Part shown: piece after piece, positions 22,694 to 34,371 of the stretch
How the letters are laid out: every line of letters begins with the position of its first letter
Numbering within the stretch: position 1 is the first letter of the stretch
Assembly (NCBI GenBank): GCA_045626925.1
Contig: JAZUQZ010000001.1
Coordinates: 40,432 to 104,431 of the forward strand
DNA length: 64,000 nt
Source of the DNA: Candidatus Aphodoplasma sp.
GTDB taxonomy: Bacteria > Bacillota > Clostridia > UBA1381 > UMGS1253
Direction: 5' to 3'
Translations under genes and position numbers: made by a program
Notes under the pieces: model-generated
The model's database searches: none
What the model was told of the DNA's origin: nothing
What the model saw: the letters and a program-made list of their open reading frames with translations, nothing else

Positions 22694-23080
22694 ATGGAAA
22701 TTTTAGAAATGGCAAGAGAACTTGGACAGAAAATTGCAAACAGTGAGCTTATGGAAAGAGCAAAAAAAGCAGAGGAAACTCAAAACAATGACGAAGCAGC
22801 ACAAAAGCTTATTGGCGAGTATAACCTAAAACGCATGCAGCTTGCACAACGCGTCCAAAAGGAAAACCCGACCAAAGAAGAAATGGAAGCTATAAGAACA
22901 GAGCTTTCTGAAGAATTTGATAAACTTATGCAAAATGAGAGCATTAAGAATTTTATTGATGCAAAAAAAGAACTTGATGCTGTTTTAGAGCAAGTGAATA
23001 ATATTATTTCGTTTTATGTGAATGGCAAAAGCGAAGGGGGATGTTCCTCCGATTGTAGCAGCTGTGGTGGCTGTCACTAA
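22694..23080 (+). CDS. YlbF/YmcA-family protein with a C-terminal cysteine cluster
   Basis: The track starts at TTG 22679; GGAGG (22681-22685) is 8 nt before ATG 22694. The helical YlbF-like body (ELGQKIANSELMERAKKAE...) ends in GGCSSDCSSCGGCH (C-x3-C-x2-C-x2-C). Confidence 0.7.
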   Translation: MEILEMARELGQKIANSELMERAKKAEETQNNDEAAQKLIGEYNLKRMQLAQRVQKENPTKEEMEAIRTELSEEFDKLMQNESIKNFIDAKKELDAVLEQVNNIISFYVNGKSEGGCSSDCSSCGGCH

Positions 23081-23112
23081 TATAAAAAAATGTCACAAGG
23101 GAGGGCGCAAAT

Positions 23113-25743
23113 GTGACTCAAACAACCCCGATGATGAAACAATATCTTCAAGTAAAAGAAAAATATAAGGATTGCATTTTATTTTATCGTCTTGGCGATT
23201 TTTATGAAATGTTTAATGATGATGCGCGAATTGCCTCGCGTGAGCTTGAGCTTGTATTGACAGGGCGTGGCGGGAAAAAAGGCGATGAAATTGGCGGCGA
23301 GGGTGGACGCGTACCGATGTGTGGCGTTCCTTTTCATAGTGCCGATAGCTATATCCTGCGTCTTGTATCAAAGGGGTATAAGGTTGCAATATGTGAACAG
23401 ACAGAAGACCCTGCGCTTGCAAAAGATATTGTAAAACGCGAGGTTGTAAAAATAATTACGCCCGGTACGCTTACAGATGAAAAGGCGCTTGATGAAAAGA
23501 AAAACAATTTTTTAGCGCTCGTTTATTACAAAAAAGATTGCGATACGGTTCTCGTTTTTGCAGATATATCAACGGGCGAGCTTTTTGCGACGAAAATTTT
23601 AGGAGTTGACATTGATGCAGTATCTGATGAAATTGCAAGTTATAATCCGTCAGAGCTGATTTTTAGTGAAGATGCAAGAGTAATTTATGGCGATACTGTA
23701 AAAAGCCGCTTTGATGTATATGTAAGCAATGTCGACGAAGAGTTCTTTGATTATGATGTTGCTTACAGCGCAACGATAGATGAGCTTGCGACAAATGATT
23801 TGTCACAGACACAAATCCCGGATGATAAGATGATTATATCGGGCATAGGTGCGGTTATAATGTATCTTTCCGATACGCAAAAATCGACGCTCTTTAAGTT
23901 ATTAAACATAAAATGTTATGAAATAAAACAGTATATGGGTCTTGATTTTAATACAAGACGCAACCTTGAAATTACCCAATCTATGCGCGAAAAAGCAAAA
24001 AAAGGCACTCTTTTATGGGTGCTTGACCATACAAAGACATCAATGGGTGGTCGACTTCTTACACAATGGATTGAAAAACCGCTTATAAATGTAAATGAAA
24101 TAAAAATGCGTCAAGAGGGCGTGCATGAGCTTTTAGAAAATATTATTTTGCGTGAAGATATTTGTGTATGTCTTGATGAAATATACGATATTGCACGCCT
24201 TATAAACAGGATATCGCTTGGTAGCGCTACGCCTCGTGATATGATATCGTTGCGCGATTCGCTTGCGATACTTCCACAACTTTCACAAAAGCTTTCGATG
24301 CTTGATAGTGATATATTAAAGCGTCAATATGAAAGACTTGACATTTTAGAAGATATTAAAACGCTTTTGGTGGAGTCTATAAGTGACGAACCGCCGGTAA
24401 ACATTCGCGATGGCGGCGTTATAAAGGATGGCTATAATGAAGAGGTTGATCAGCTTCGCAGTGCACAACGCGAGGGCAAAAACTGGCTTGCTGATATACA
24501 GACATATGAGCGTGAGCGTACAGGCATCAAAACCTTAAAGGTCGGATATAATAAGGTTTTTGGTTATTATATTGAGGTTAGTAAAGGTCAAACAAGCCAA
24601 GTGCCTGATTATTATGTAAGGCGTCAAACGCTTGTTAATGGTGAAAGATATATTATACCAAAGCTTAAAGAAATTGAAAATATAATAATCGGCGCAGAGG
24701 ATAGGCTTTCGCGTCTTGAGTCGCATTTATTTGATGAAATCAAGGATAAAATTTGTGCCCAAATTGATAGATTAAAGACCACTGCTGATGTAATTGCAAC
24801 AGTCGATGCAATTTCGTCGCTTGCACAAGCAGCACAGCAAAACGATTACAATATGCCTACGGTTGATAACTCGAATGTTATTACAATCAAAGATGGCCGT
24901 CATCCTGTAGTGGAAAAAATGTTAAAAAATGAGCTTTTTGTACCAAATGATACATATATAAATAATGAGGATGACAGAATGTGTATTATAACGGGACCAA
25001 ATATGGCAGGCAAATCCACATATATGCGCCAGGTTGCTCTTATAACACTTATGGCACAAATAGGCAGTTTTGTACCTGCACAAAGCGCCACAATAGGTGT
25101 TGTGGATAAGATATTTACGCGTGTGGGCGCATCTGATGACCTTGCAACAGGACAGAGCACATTTATGGTAGAGATGAATGAGGTTACAAACATATTAAAC
25201 AACGCAACAAGTAAAAGTCTTGTTGTGCTTGATGAAATTGGACGCGGCACGAGTACATATGATGGCTTGTCTATTGCGTGGGCAGTTGCAGAGTATATAT
25301 GTGATAAAAACAAAATCGGTGCAAGAACGCTTTTTTCGACGCACTATCACGAGCTTACAGAACTTGAAAACAGATTAGAAGGTGTAAATAATTATTGTAT
25401 AGCAGTTAAAAAGCGTGGCGATGATATTACATTTTTGCGCAAAATAATTCGTGGCGGTGCAGACGGAAGCTATGGTATTGAGGTTGCTGCACTTGCAGGT
25501 ATTCCACAAGAGGTAACCCAACGCGCAAAACAAATTTTTGCTACACTTGAGCAAAATGATGTAAATAAAGCGCCGTATCAGCTCGAGGGAATAGATAACA
25601 TAAATTATTCAAAAGCAAATCTGCAAAACGGATTTGATAATGAAATTGTAGATGAGCTTAAAAAGATTGATGTTACAACATTTACGCCGATTGAGGCGTT
25701 AAACAAGCTTTATGAGCTTGCAAATAAAGCAAAAGAAATATAA
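23113..25743 (+). CDS. mutS: DNA mismatch repair protein MutS
   Basis: 876 aa. GTG start after GGGAGGG. Motifs: TPMMKQYLQVKEKY, GPNMAGKST Walker A, DEIGRGTSTYDG. Confidence 0.97.
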   Translation: MTQTTPMMKQYLQVKEKYKDCILFYRLGDFYEMFNDDARIASRELELVLTGRGGKKGDEIGGEGGRVPMCGVPFHSADSYILRLVSKGYKVAICEQTEDPALAKDIVKREVVKIITPGTLTDEKALDEKKNNFLALVYYKKDCDTVLVFADISTGELFATKILGVDIDAVSDEIASYNPSELIFSEDARVIYGDTVKSRFDVYVSNVDEEFFDYDVAYSATIDELATNDLSQTQIPDDKMIISGIGAVIMYLSDTQKSTLFKLLNIKCYEIKQYMGLDFNTRRNLEITQSMREKAKKGTLLWVLDHTKTSMGGRLLTQWIEKPLINVNEIKMRQEGVHELLENIILREDICVCLDEIYDIARLINRISLGSATPRDMISLRDSLAILPQLSQKLSMLDSDILKRQYERLDILEDIKTLLVESISDEPPVNIRDGGVIKDGYNEEVDQLRSAQREGKNWLADIQTYERERTGIKTLKVGYNKVFGYYIEVSKGQTSQVPDYYVRRQTLVNGERYIIPKLKEIENIIIGAEDRLSRLESHLFDEIKDKICAQIDRLKTTADVIATVDAISSLAQAAQQNDYNMPTVDNSNVITIKDGRHPVVEKMLKNELFVPNDTYINNEDDRMCIITGPNMAGKSTYMRQVALITLMAQIGSFVPAQSATIGVVDKIFTRVGASDDLATGQSTFMVEMNEVTNILNNATSKSLVVLDEIGRGTSTYDGLSIAWAVAEYICDKNKIGARTLFSTHYHELTELENRLEGVNNYCIAVKKRGDDITFLRKIIRGGADGSYGIEVAALAGIPQEVTQRAKQIFATLEQNDVNKAPYQLEGIDNINYSKANLQNGFDNEIVDELKKIDVTTFTPIEALNKLYELANKAKEI

Positions 25744-25775
25744 GGATATTTATACAAAAGAAAGTTGGTGAGTAT

Positions 25776-27743
25776 ATGGGAAAAATCAATGTGTTGGACG
25801 CGTCGGTTGCAAATATGATTGCGGCGGGCGAGGTTGTTGAAAGGCCGTCATCAGTTGTAAAAGAACTTGTTGAAAACTCTATTGATGCAGGTGCAAGCGC
25901 AATAACTGTTGAAATAAAAAACGGCGGCATATCCTATATACGCGTCACTGACAACGGGCGTGGAATTGAACAAGACGATGTTGGTCTTGCTTTTGTGCGT
26001 CACGCTACAAGCAAAATACTTGAAGCAAAGGACCTTGAGATGATAAATACTCTTGGTTTTAGAGGCGAAGCACTTTGTTCAATTGCGGCCGTATCGCATG
26101 TTGTGCTTACAAGCAAAACCGCTGATGCACAAACTGCAACACGAGTAATAATCGAGGGTGGCGAAATGGATAATGTGGACGAGGTTGGTGCGCCAAACGG
26201 TACAACAATTGAGGTTAAAAAACTGTTTTATAATACGCCGGCACGCATGAAATTTTTAAAGAAAGATACAACCGAGGCAGGATACATAACAGATATTATG
26301 CAGCGTTTTGTACTCGCACATCCTGAAATATCTTTTCGTTATATAAATTCCGGCAAACAGGTTTTTCATTCATCAGGCGATGGTGAGCTTATAAATGCAA
26401 TTTATACGGTATATGGACGAGACTATGCGAATGCTGTAATACCGATTTATTATGGTAACGAAAATTTAAGCGTGTCGGGCTATGTGGGGAAAAGCACAAT
26501 AGGCCGTCCAAATAGAATATATCAGAGCTTTTATGTAAATAATAGATATATAAAGAGCAAATCAATTACGGTTGCGCTTGATGAAGCGTATAAAAATCAG
26601 CTCATGGGTGGCAAATTTCCATTTGCAGTTATAAAACTTACAATAAATCCTTCATTTGTTGATGTAAATGTTCATCCAAATAAAATGGAGGTAAAGTTTT
26701 CAGACGAAAAAACGATTTTTGATACAGTGTATTGGGGCGTAAAAAATGCACTGTATGAAAAGAAAATCATACCGGATGTGTCTATTAAAGAAAAAAGAGA
26801 AGCGTATAAGAGCAAAGAATTCGCAAAAGAAGAAAAGGAATTTGTGCAAACATTTTTTAACATAGATGTACCTAAAAAAGCGCCGACACAAAGCACGGTT
26901 TTGAATACATTTGATTTGCGCATAGAAAATGAAACCGATATAAAACCGGTAGAAAATAATGTGCAGGATAATTTTAAATTAAATGAGCAAAGTGACACAA
27001 AATATACCTTATCAAGTGCGACATCAGAACATAAAGAAGAAAAAGCAGCAGAAGAAGTCATAAAAGAAGAGCAAGTGGCAAAAGAGATGCTGCAACATTT
27101 TGATAGTCCTGCACAAAATGATGTTAAAGAGACTGAAAACTTGATGATAAGCGAGCAAAAGATGCCCGAAAATTATAAGATTATTGGCGCTGTTTTTGAT
27201 ACTTATATTATTATAGAATATGACGATAAGCTTCTTTTAATAGACCAACACGCCGCGCATGAAAGACTCAAATTTGAGCAGTTAAAGCGCCAAATGAAAA
27301 ACGAAAGCATACAAATTCAGGCTTTGATGTCGTCTGTTGTTGTAGATTTGTCTGCGATAGAGTTTGCATATGTGTGTGAAAATAAAGAGCGTTTTATTAA
27401 GCTTGGGTTTGATATTGAAGAATTTGGCGATAATACAATTATTATAAATGGTGCACCTGCAGATACAGAGTATAACGACGCAAAGGATTTATTTATAGAG
27501 CTTTTGGCCCAGATGATGTCAGATAAAAAACAGATAATTGCTGCACATGATGAAAGAGCGATGTATACTATCGCTTGCAAAGCAGCCATAAAAGCCAATA
27601 AACCATTAAACGAAAGGGAAATGCGTTCACTTGTTGATGAGGTTTTGGCGCTTGATGCGATAAATACTTGTCCGCACGGCAGACCAATTACGGTTTCGCT
27701 TACGCGATATGAGCTTGAAAAACAGTTTAAACGAATAATATAG
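25776..27743 (+). CDS. mutL: DNA mismatch repair endonuclease MutL
   Basis: 655 aa. GHKL ATPase N-terminus IAAGEVVERPSSVVKELVENSIDAG. C-terminal endonuclease motif DQHAAHERLKFE. Confidence 0.96.
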   Translation: MGKINVLDASVANMIAAGEVVERPSSVVKELVENSIDAGASAITVEIKNGGISYIRVTDNGRGIEQDDVGLAFVRHATSKILEAKDLEMINTLGFRGEALCSIAAVSHVVLTSKTADAQTATRVIIEGGEMDNVDEVGAPNGTTIEVKKLFYNTPARMKFLKKDTTEAGYITDIMQRFVLAHPEISFRYINSGKQVFHSSGDGELINAIYTVYGRDYANAVIPIYYGNENLSVSGYVGKSTIGRPNRIYQSFYVNNRYIKSKSITVALDEAYKNQLMGGKFPFAVIKLTINPSFVDVNVHPNKMEVKFSDEKTIFDTVYWGVKNALYEKKIIPDVSIKEKREAYKSKEFAKEEKEFVQTFFNIDVPKKAPTQSTVLNTFDLRIENETDIKPVENNVQDNFKLNEQSDTKYTLSSATSEHKEEKAAEEVIKEEQVAKEMLQHFDSPAQNDVKETENLMISEQKMPENYKIIGAVFDTYIIIEYDDKLLLIDQHAAHERLKFEQLKRQMKNESIQIQALMSSVVVDLSAIEFAYVCENKERFIKLGFDIEEFGDNTIIINGAPADTEYNDAKDLFIELLAQMMSDKKQIIAAHDERAMYTIACKAAIKANKPLNEREMRSLVDEVLALDAINTCPHGRPITVSLTRYELEKQFKRII

Positions 27744-27780
27744 ATATATGCCTACAATCGCGGCAGAACGGAGAAGAAAT

Positions 27781-28716
27781 ATGTCTATCTCAAAAACGCC
27801 CTTGGTAGTAATTGCGGGTCCGACCGCATCCGGAAAAACATCGCTTTCGATTGAGCTTGCAAAGCGTTTTAACGGCGAAATTATAAGCGCAGACAGTATG
27901 CAGATATACAAACATATGGATATTGGCACGGCAAAGCCTACTGCTGATGAAATGAGTGGTATAAGGCATCATATGCTTGATGTGTGCTTGCCTGATGAGG
28001 AGTTTAGTGTTTTTTCGTATAGCGAAATGGCAAAAAAACATATAAACGACATTCATTTGTCGGGCAAACTTCCGATCATGGTTGGCGGCACGGGGTTATA
28101 CATTGACAATGTAGTGCAAAACATTATGCTTGCGAAGACAAAAAGTGATAATTCGTTGCGTGAAAGATTTAATAATGAGGCAAACGAAAAAGGTAATCTA
28201 CATATGTATAATATGCTTGAAAAACTTGACCCGAAAGCTGCAGAAAACATCCATCCGAACAATATTCGTCGTGTTATACGCGCACTTGAAGTGTATTATG
28301 AAACGGGAAATACCTTCACTAATCAAATTGAAAACTCTAAAAAAGAAGAAAGTCCGTATAACAGTATAATATTTATGCCAAACTGGGATAGAGAAACGCT
28401 CTATAAGCGAATTGATAAACGCGTAGATATAATGTTTGAAGATGGGCTTTTGAGGGAGTTTTTCTCTCTTGTGGATATGGGCTATACCCATAAACTAAAC
28501 TCTATGCAAGCGATAGGCTACAAGGAACTTTTTGCTTATTATAGAGGGTTTTGCAGTCTTGATGAGGCTAAAAATGATATAAAAAAACATTCGCGAAACT
28601 ATGCAAAGCGTCAGCTTACATGGTTTAAGCGAAATAAAGATATAATTTTACTTGATACAAATGAAAATATGGTAAGTGAGGCGATAGAGCACATTTTAGG
28701 GGCATTTTATTCATGA
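27781..28716 (+). CDS. miaA: tRNA dimethylallyltransferase
   Basis: The track starts at 27748; ATG 27781 follows GGAGAAG. P-loop GPTASGKTS. SADSMQIYKHMDIGTAKP. Confidence 0.93.
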   Translation: MSISKTPLVVIAGPTASGKTSLSIELAKRFNGEIISADSMQIYKHMDIGTAKPTADEMSGIRHHMLDVCLPDEEFSVFSYSEMAKKHINDIHLSGKLPIMVGGTGLYIDNVVQNIMLAKTKSDNSLRERFNNEANEKGNLHMYNMLEKLDPKAAENIHPNNIRRVIRALEVYYETGNTFTNQIENSKKEESPYNSIIFMPNWDRETLYKRIDKRVDIMFEDGLLREFFSLVDMGYTHKLNSMQAIGYKELFAYYRGFCSLDEAKNDIKKHSRNYAKRQLTWFKRNKDIILLDTNENMVSEAIEHILGAFYS

Positions 28717-28732
28717 GGAGTAAAAACTAAAT

Positions 28733-30157
28733 ATGAAATATTTATATAAGTTTGCGGCTATATGCTTCTTTATTTTTCTGATTTTTGTTATCTTTATAAA
28801 CATAAGAGCCTTATATAGTTGTGAATACACGCCGGATGGCAATATAAATAAACTTATTTTTTTTACTGCTATAGCTACAGTTGCTATTGTGTTCTATGCT
28901 TTGTGCATATATATTAAAAAAATAGATTTTAATAAAAAATCATATATACTAACGATATTTGCAATGCTTTTTCTTGGATTTGTTTTAAGATTTATCGCAT
29001 TGATAAATTTGCCTTGTAAATCTGTCAGTGACTACAAAACGATTTTTGACGCGGCCCAAGCCGCTGCGAATGGCGATTTTACAGGTTTTTCAAACACCAG
29101 CTATTTAAAAAGGTTTCCTCATCTTACCGGATATACGGTAATGTTATATTTTATATTTAAAACTTTTGGGGCAAATCTATTTATCATAAAGATTGTAAAT
29201 ATAATGTGTTCTGTTTTATCAATAGTTGTTGCAGCTATGATTGGGAAACAAATGGGTGGGTATAAAGGCGGAGCAGTTTGTGCGTTTTTATATTCAATTT
29301 ATCCCGCAGATATATTTTATATACCTGTATGTATAACAGAAAATTTTGCAATGCCGTTTTTCATTTTGGCGATATATTTTATAATAAAAGCCTACAAAGC
29401 CAGCGACACAAAAACAATAATAATTTATACGCTTGTTTCATCGGTTATATTGTGCATCGGTTGTATATTCAGGGGAGTAACACCGTTTTACATTACGGCT
29501 TTTGTTGTTTTTATTGTATTCGCCTTTAAAAACAAACTAAAAATAATATCTGTGATTGCTTTTTTGCTTTCTTTTTTTATAATAAATCAGGCGGTGTCAC
29601 TCGGGTTATATTATGGTAGAATAACCCAGTACAAATTAAACGAAGCCGGAGAACCAATTGCTATGACACTTTTGGTAGGGTTTAATTTTGAAACAAACGG
29701 AATGTATTCCTGGGAAGATAGGAATATATATGTGGAAAATAATGGCGACACAGAGATTGCCTCAAAAATTGCTACGGAGAAACTAAAAGAGAGAATTGGT
29801 AACAATAAAGATAAAATTATACACTTATTTATAAATAAATCAAAAACAATATGGGAAAACGGTGCTTTTGGAAGCTTGTATTGGTCTGTGGAGAACAATG
29901 GATATAATATGGATACTCCGAGAAATGTTTGGTTATATTTATTAAATACAGTGTATTTTTTGATTTTGTTGTTGGCATCGCTTAAATCGTCAATCCATAA
30001 CCAGGATAAACCTTATATTCTGTTTGAGATGCTCCCGCTGCTTTTTCATTGCGGTTTGATGTTTATAGAGGTTCAGCCAAGATACACTTTCTGTGTTGCG
30101 TATGTGTTCATTTTCTGTGCGATGTTGGGATTTGCAAAAAACAAACTAAAAGGATAA
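28733..30157 (+). CDS. polytopic membrane protein, candidate GT-C (ArnT/PMT-like) glycosyltransferase
   Basis: 474 aa with at least 10 hydrophobic segments and a large soluble loop near residues 300-390. Its architecture and length resemble the GT39/GT83 families. Visibly more AT-rich than its neighbours (not computed). Confidence 0.45.
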   Translation: MKYLYKFAAICFFIFLIFVIFINIRALYSCEYTPDGNINKLIFFTAIATVAIVFYALCIYIKKIDFNKKSYILTIFAMLFLGFVLRFIALINLPCKSVSDYKTIFDAAQAAANGDFTGFSNTSYLKRFPHLTGYTVMLYFIFKTFGANLFIIKIVNIMCSVLSIVVAAMIGKQMGGYKGGAVCAFLYSIYPADIFYIPVCITENFAMPFFILAIYFIIKAYKASDTKTIIIYTLVSSVILCIGCIFRGVTPFYITAFVVFIVFAFKNKLKIISVIAFLLSFFIINQAVSLGLYYGRITQYKLNEAGEPIAMTLLVGFNFETNGMYSWEDRNIYVENNGDTEIASKIATEKLKERIGNNKDKIIHLFINKSKTIWENGAFGSLYWSVENNGYNMDTPRNVWLYLLNTVYFLILLLASLKSSIHNQDKPYILFEMLPLLFHCGLMFIEVQPRYTFCVAYVFIFCAMLGFAKNKLKG

Positions 30158-30183
30158 TTTATATAGAAAGGTGATAAAATTCT

Positions 30184-30675
30184 ATGAACGAAACGAATAT
30201 AAATGAAGAGACAAAAAGAGTATCCGATTCGCGTGTAGAACAAATCCAAATTGTAATGCCCGGTCACATAAATGGCTATGGCAGACTCTTTGGTGGCCAG
30301 CTTGTTGAATGGATAGATGTTGTTGCCGGCGTTGTTGCACGCAGACACGCAAACAGTGAAGTGACAACTGTTTGTATAGATAATTTATATTTTAAGGCAC
30401 CTGCATATGCAAACGAAACGGTAATTTTGATTGGAAAGCTTAGTTATGTTGGCAACACATCAATGGAGGTGCGTGTTGATACATTTGTAGAGTCGCTTGT
30501 GGGCAGTCGCACGCTTGTAAACACGGCGTATCTTGTTATGGTTGCACTTGATGGAAGAGAAAGACCAATGAATGTTCCACGGCTTGAGCTTGTAAATGAT
30601 GAAGAAAAAGCTGAATGGGAAGCAGGAAAAAAACGCAGTGAATTAAGATATAAACGCAGACTTGAACAGTTTTAG
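30184..30675 (+). CDS. acyl-CoA thioesterase (hotdog fold, YciA/BFIT-like)
   Basis: 163 aa. Contains PGHINGYGRLFGGQLVEWIDVVAGVVARRH and VGNTSMEVRVD, the typical hotdog thioesterase pattern. Confidence 0.8.
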   Translation: MNETNINEETKRVSDSRVEQIQIVMPGHINGYGRLFGGQLVEWIDVVAGVVARRHANSEVTTVCIDNLYFKAPAYANETVILIGKLSYVGNTSMEVRVDTFVESLVGSRTLVNTAYLVMVALDGRERPMNVPRLELVNDEEKAEWEAGKKRSELRYKRRLEQF

Positions 30676-30738
30676 CACCACAAGGCTAAAAATTTTATGA
30701 ACAAACCGTTAAATATTAAAAAATTTTCCAATACCATC

Positions 30739-30767
30739 TTGACAAATGACCAATAAGGTGGTATTTT
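30739..30767 (+). promoter_or_regulatory. sigma-A type promoter of the hrcA-grpE-dnaK-dnaJ operon
   Basis: TTGACA (30739-30744), 17-nt spacer, TGgTATTTT extended -10 (30759-30767). CIRCE lies just downstream, as in other Firmicutes. Confidence 0.6.
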
Positions 30768-30779
30768 TATTACAGTGCT

Positions 30780-30806
30780 TTAGCACTCGATTGGCGCGAG
30801 TGCTAA
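30780..30806 (+). promoter_or_regulatory. CIRCE operator (HrcA binding site)
   Basis: TTAGCACTC (30780-30788), N9 spacer, GAGTGCTAA (30798-30806). This is a perfect match to the CIRCE consensus TTAGCACTC-N9-GAGTGCTAA. Confidence 0.95.
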
Positions 30807-30831
30807 CAAACAAAAAGGAGGCTTGGACTTT

Positions 30832-31878
30832 TTGGATTTAAGTGAAAGAAAAAGGAAAATTCTTGAAGCTATAATCGAAGATTATATTATAAGTGCCGAG
30901 CCTATCGGTTCAAGGACTATTTCAAAAAATACAGATATGGGCCTTTCGAGCGCGACAATTAGAAATGAAATGTCTGACCTTGAAGAAATGGGGTATCTTA
31001 TTTCGCCACATACATCAGCGGGGCGCATCCCGACTGATGCGGGTTATCGCTTTTATGTAAATGAGTTAATGCATCAATATAAAATGGCAAATGAAGATAT
31101 TTTAAAATTAAGGCGCTTTTTTACAGCGGGGATTTTGCAACTTGATAAGCTTATAAAGCAGGCAGGAAGTATTGTGTCGCAGCTTACAAGCTATACAACA
31201 ATAGCCGTCACACCGGATCTTAATAAATCATATATTAAAAGGTTTGAACTTGTGCCGATTGATGAACATTCAGCACTTTTGGTGCTTGTTACAAACGAAG
31301 GCATTATAAGAAATCAGCTTATAGCAGTTTCGATGGATGAAATACAACTTCGGAATTTGTCGGTCATTTTAAATGAAAAGCTTGCAGGGCTTACGCTTGA
31401 AGATATAAATCTTGTAAAAATAAATGAACTTCAACAGGTGTTGGGTAATAATTCATCATTTATTATGCCTATTTTAAATTTTATACACCAGACAATATCT
31501 GAGCTTGATGGTTCTGAAATATATATAGAAAACACACAAAACATCTTGAATCATCCAGAGTATTATGATTTATCGAAGGCAAAAGAAATTATTGCTTTTC
31601 TTGAGGATAAGCAGAGTGTAAAGCACGCTTTTGACCAGGTGGAGTCCGATGATAAAATAAGTATAATTATAGGTAAAGAAAATAAGCTTGACGAAATGCG
31701 TGATACATCAATAGTTACCGCAAAGTATTTTTCGGGTGGGAAAATGCTTGGTAAGATAGGAATTGTGGGGCCTACCCGTATGAATTATGCAAAGGTTGTG
31801 GCGTCGCTTGATTATATAACAAAAAATATGGACAATATAATAAACGAATTGTACCAAGAAGAGAAGGGTAGTGAGTAA
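30832..31878 (+). CDS. hrcA: heat-inducible transcription repressor HrcA
   Basis: N-terminal winged helix ERKRKILEAIIEDYIISAEPIGSRTISK. The track TTG 30823 is only 1 nt from GGAGG (30817-30821); the in-frame TTG 30832 has 10-nt spacing. Confidence 0.93.
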   Translation: MDLSERKRKILEAIIEDYIISAEPIGSRTISKNTDMGLSSATIRNEMSDLEEMGYLISPHTSAGRIPTDAGYRFYVNELMHQYKMANEDILKLRRFFTAGILQLDKLIKQAGSIVSQLTSYTTIAVTPDLNKSYIKRFELVPIDEHSALLVLVTNEGIIRNQLIAVSMDEIQLRNLSVILNEKLAGLTLEDINLVKINELQQVLGNNSSFIMPILNFIHQTISELDGSEIYIENTQNILNHPEYYDLSKAKEIIAFLEDKQSVKHAFDQVESDDKISIIIGKENKLDEMRDTSIVTAKYFSGGKMLGKIGIVGPTRMNYAKVVASLDYITKNMDNIINELYQEEKGSE

Positions 31879-31879
31879 G

Positions 31880-32422
31880 GTGGCAAAAAAAGCAAAACCG
31901 AGCAATGAGAACATAGATGTTGCTACTGAAATAAAAGAAGAAATAAAAGAAGAAACAGAGGTTAAAGAAGAACAAAGCGAATATGATGTGCTTGAAGCGA
32001 AATATAACGAGCTTGATGACAAATATTTGCGTCTTGCAGCAGAATATACAAACTTTCAAAGGCGAACGCGTGAGGAAAAAGAAGCTCTTTACACTAGTGC
32101 GGTTTGTGACACGGTCGGAGAGTTTTTGCCGATAATGGATAATCTTCAGAGGGCGCTTGATATGTCTGCTGATGCGACAGATGCAAAAACAGTCGCAGAT
32201 GGTGTGGCTATGGTTGTAAAAATGGCATTTGAAACATTTAATAAGCTTGGGATAGAGCCTATTGAAGCTGTTGGGAAAGAATTTGATATGGCGCTTCACA
32301 ATGCGGTTATGCACATAGATGATGACAGCTTTGGTAAAAATGAGGTTGTTGAAGAATTTCAAAAGGGATATAAATGCAAGGATAAAGTTATAAGATATAG
32401 TATGGTAAAGGTAGCAAATTAA
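31880..32422 (+). CDS. grpE: nucleotide exchange factor GrpE
   Basis: Acidic/lysine-rich N-terminus, coiled coil, C-terminal GKEFDMALHNAVMH...VVEEFQKGY. Start is ambiguous: GTG 31871 (track, overlaps the hrcA stop) or GTG 31880. Confidence 0.9.
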   Translation: MAKKAKPSNENIDVATEIKEEIKEETEVKEEQSEYDVLEAKYNELDDKYLRLAAEYTNFQRRTREEKEALYTSAVCDTVGEFLPIMDNLQRALDMSADATDAKTVADGVAMVVKMAFETFNKLGIEPIEAVGKEFDMALHNAVMHIDDDSFGKNEVVEEFQKGYKCKDKVIRYSMVKVAN

Positions 32423-32447
32423 ATAAATTTTAATTTTACTATTATAA

Positions 32448-34304
<1,857 letters not shown>

Positions 34305-34334
34305 TTTGATTTGATGCGAAAATGTGTACGAATT

Positions 34335-34371
34335 GTAAAGGTTTTGCGTATTTTTTGCGCGAAACCTTTAC
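34335..34371 (+). terminator. strong hairpin between dnaK and dnaJ (partial terminator or processing/stability element)
   Basis: GTAAAGGTTT (34335-34344) / AAACCTTTAC (34362-34371), extendable to about 15 bp with G-U pairs. Short U-tail (CTTTCGC). Confidence 0.45.
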
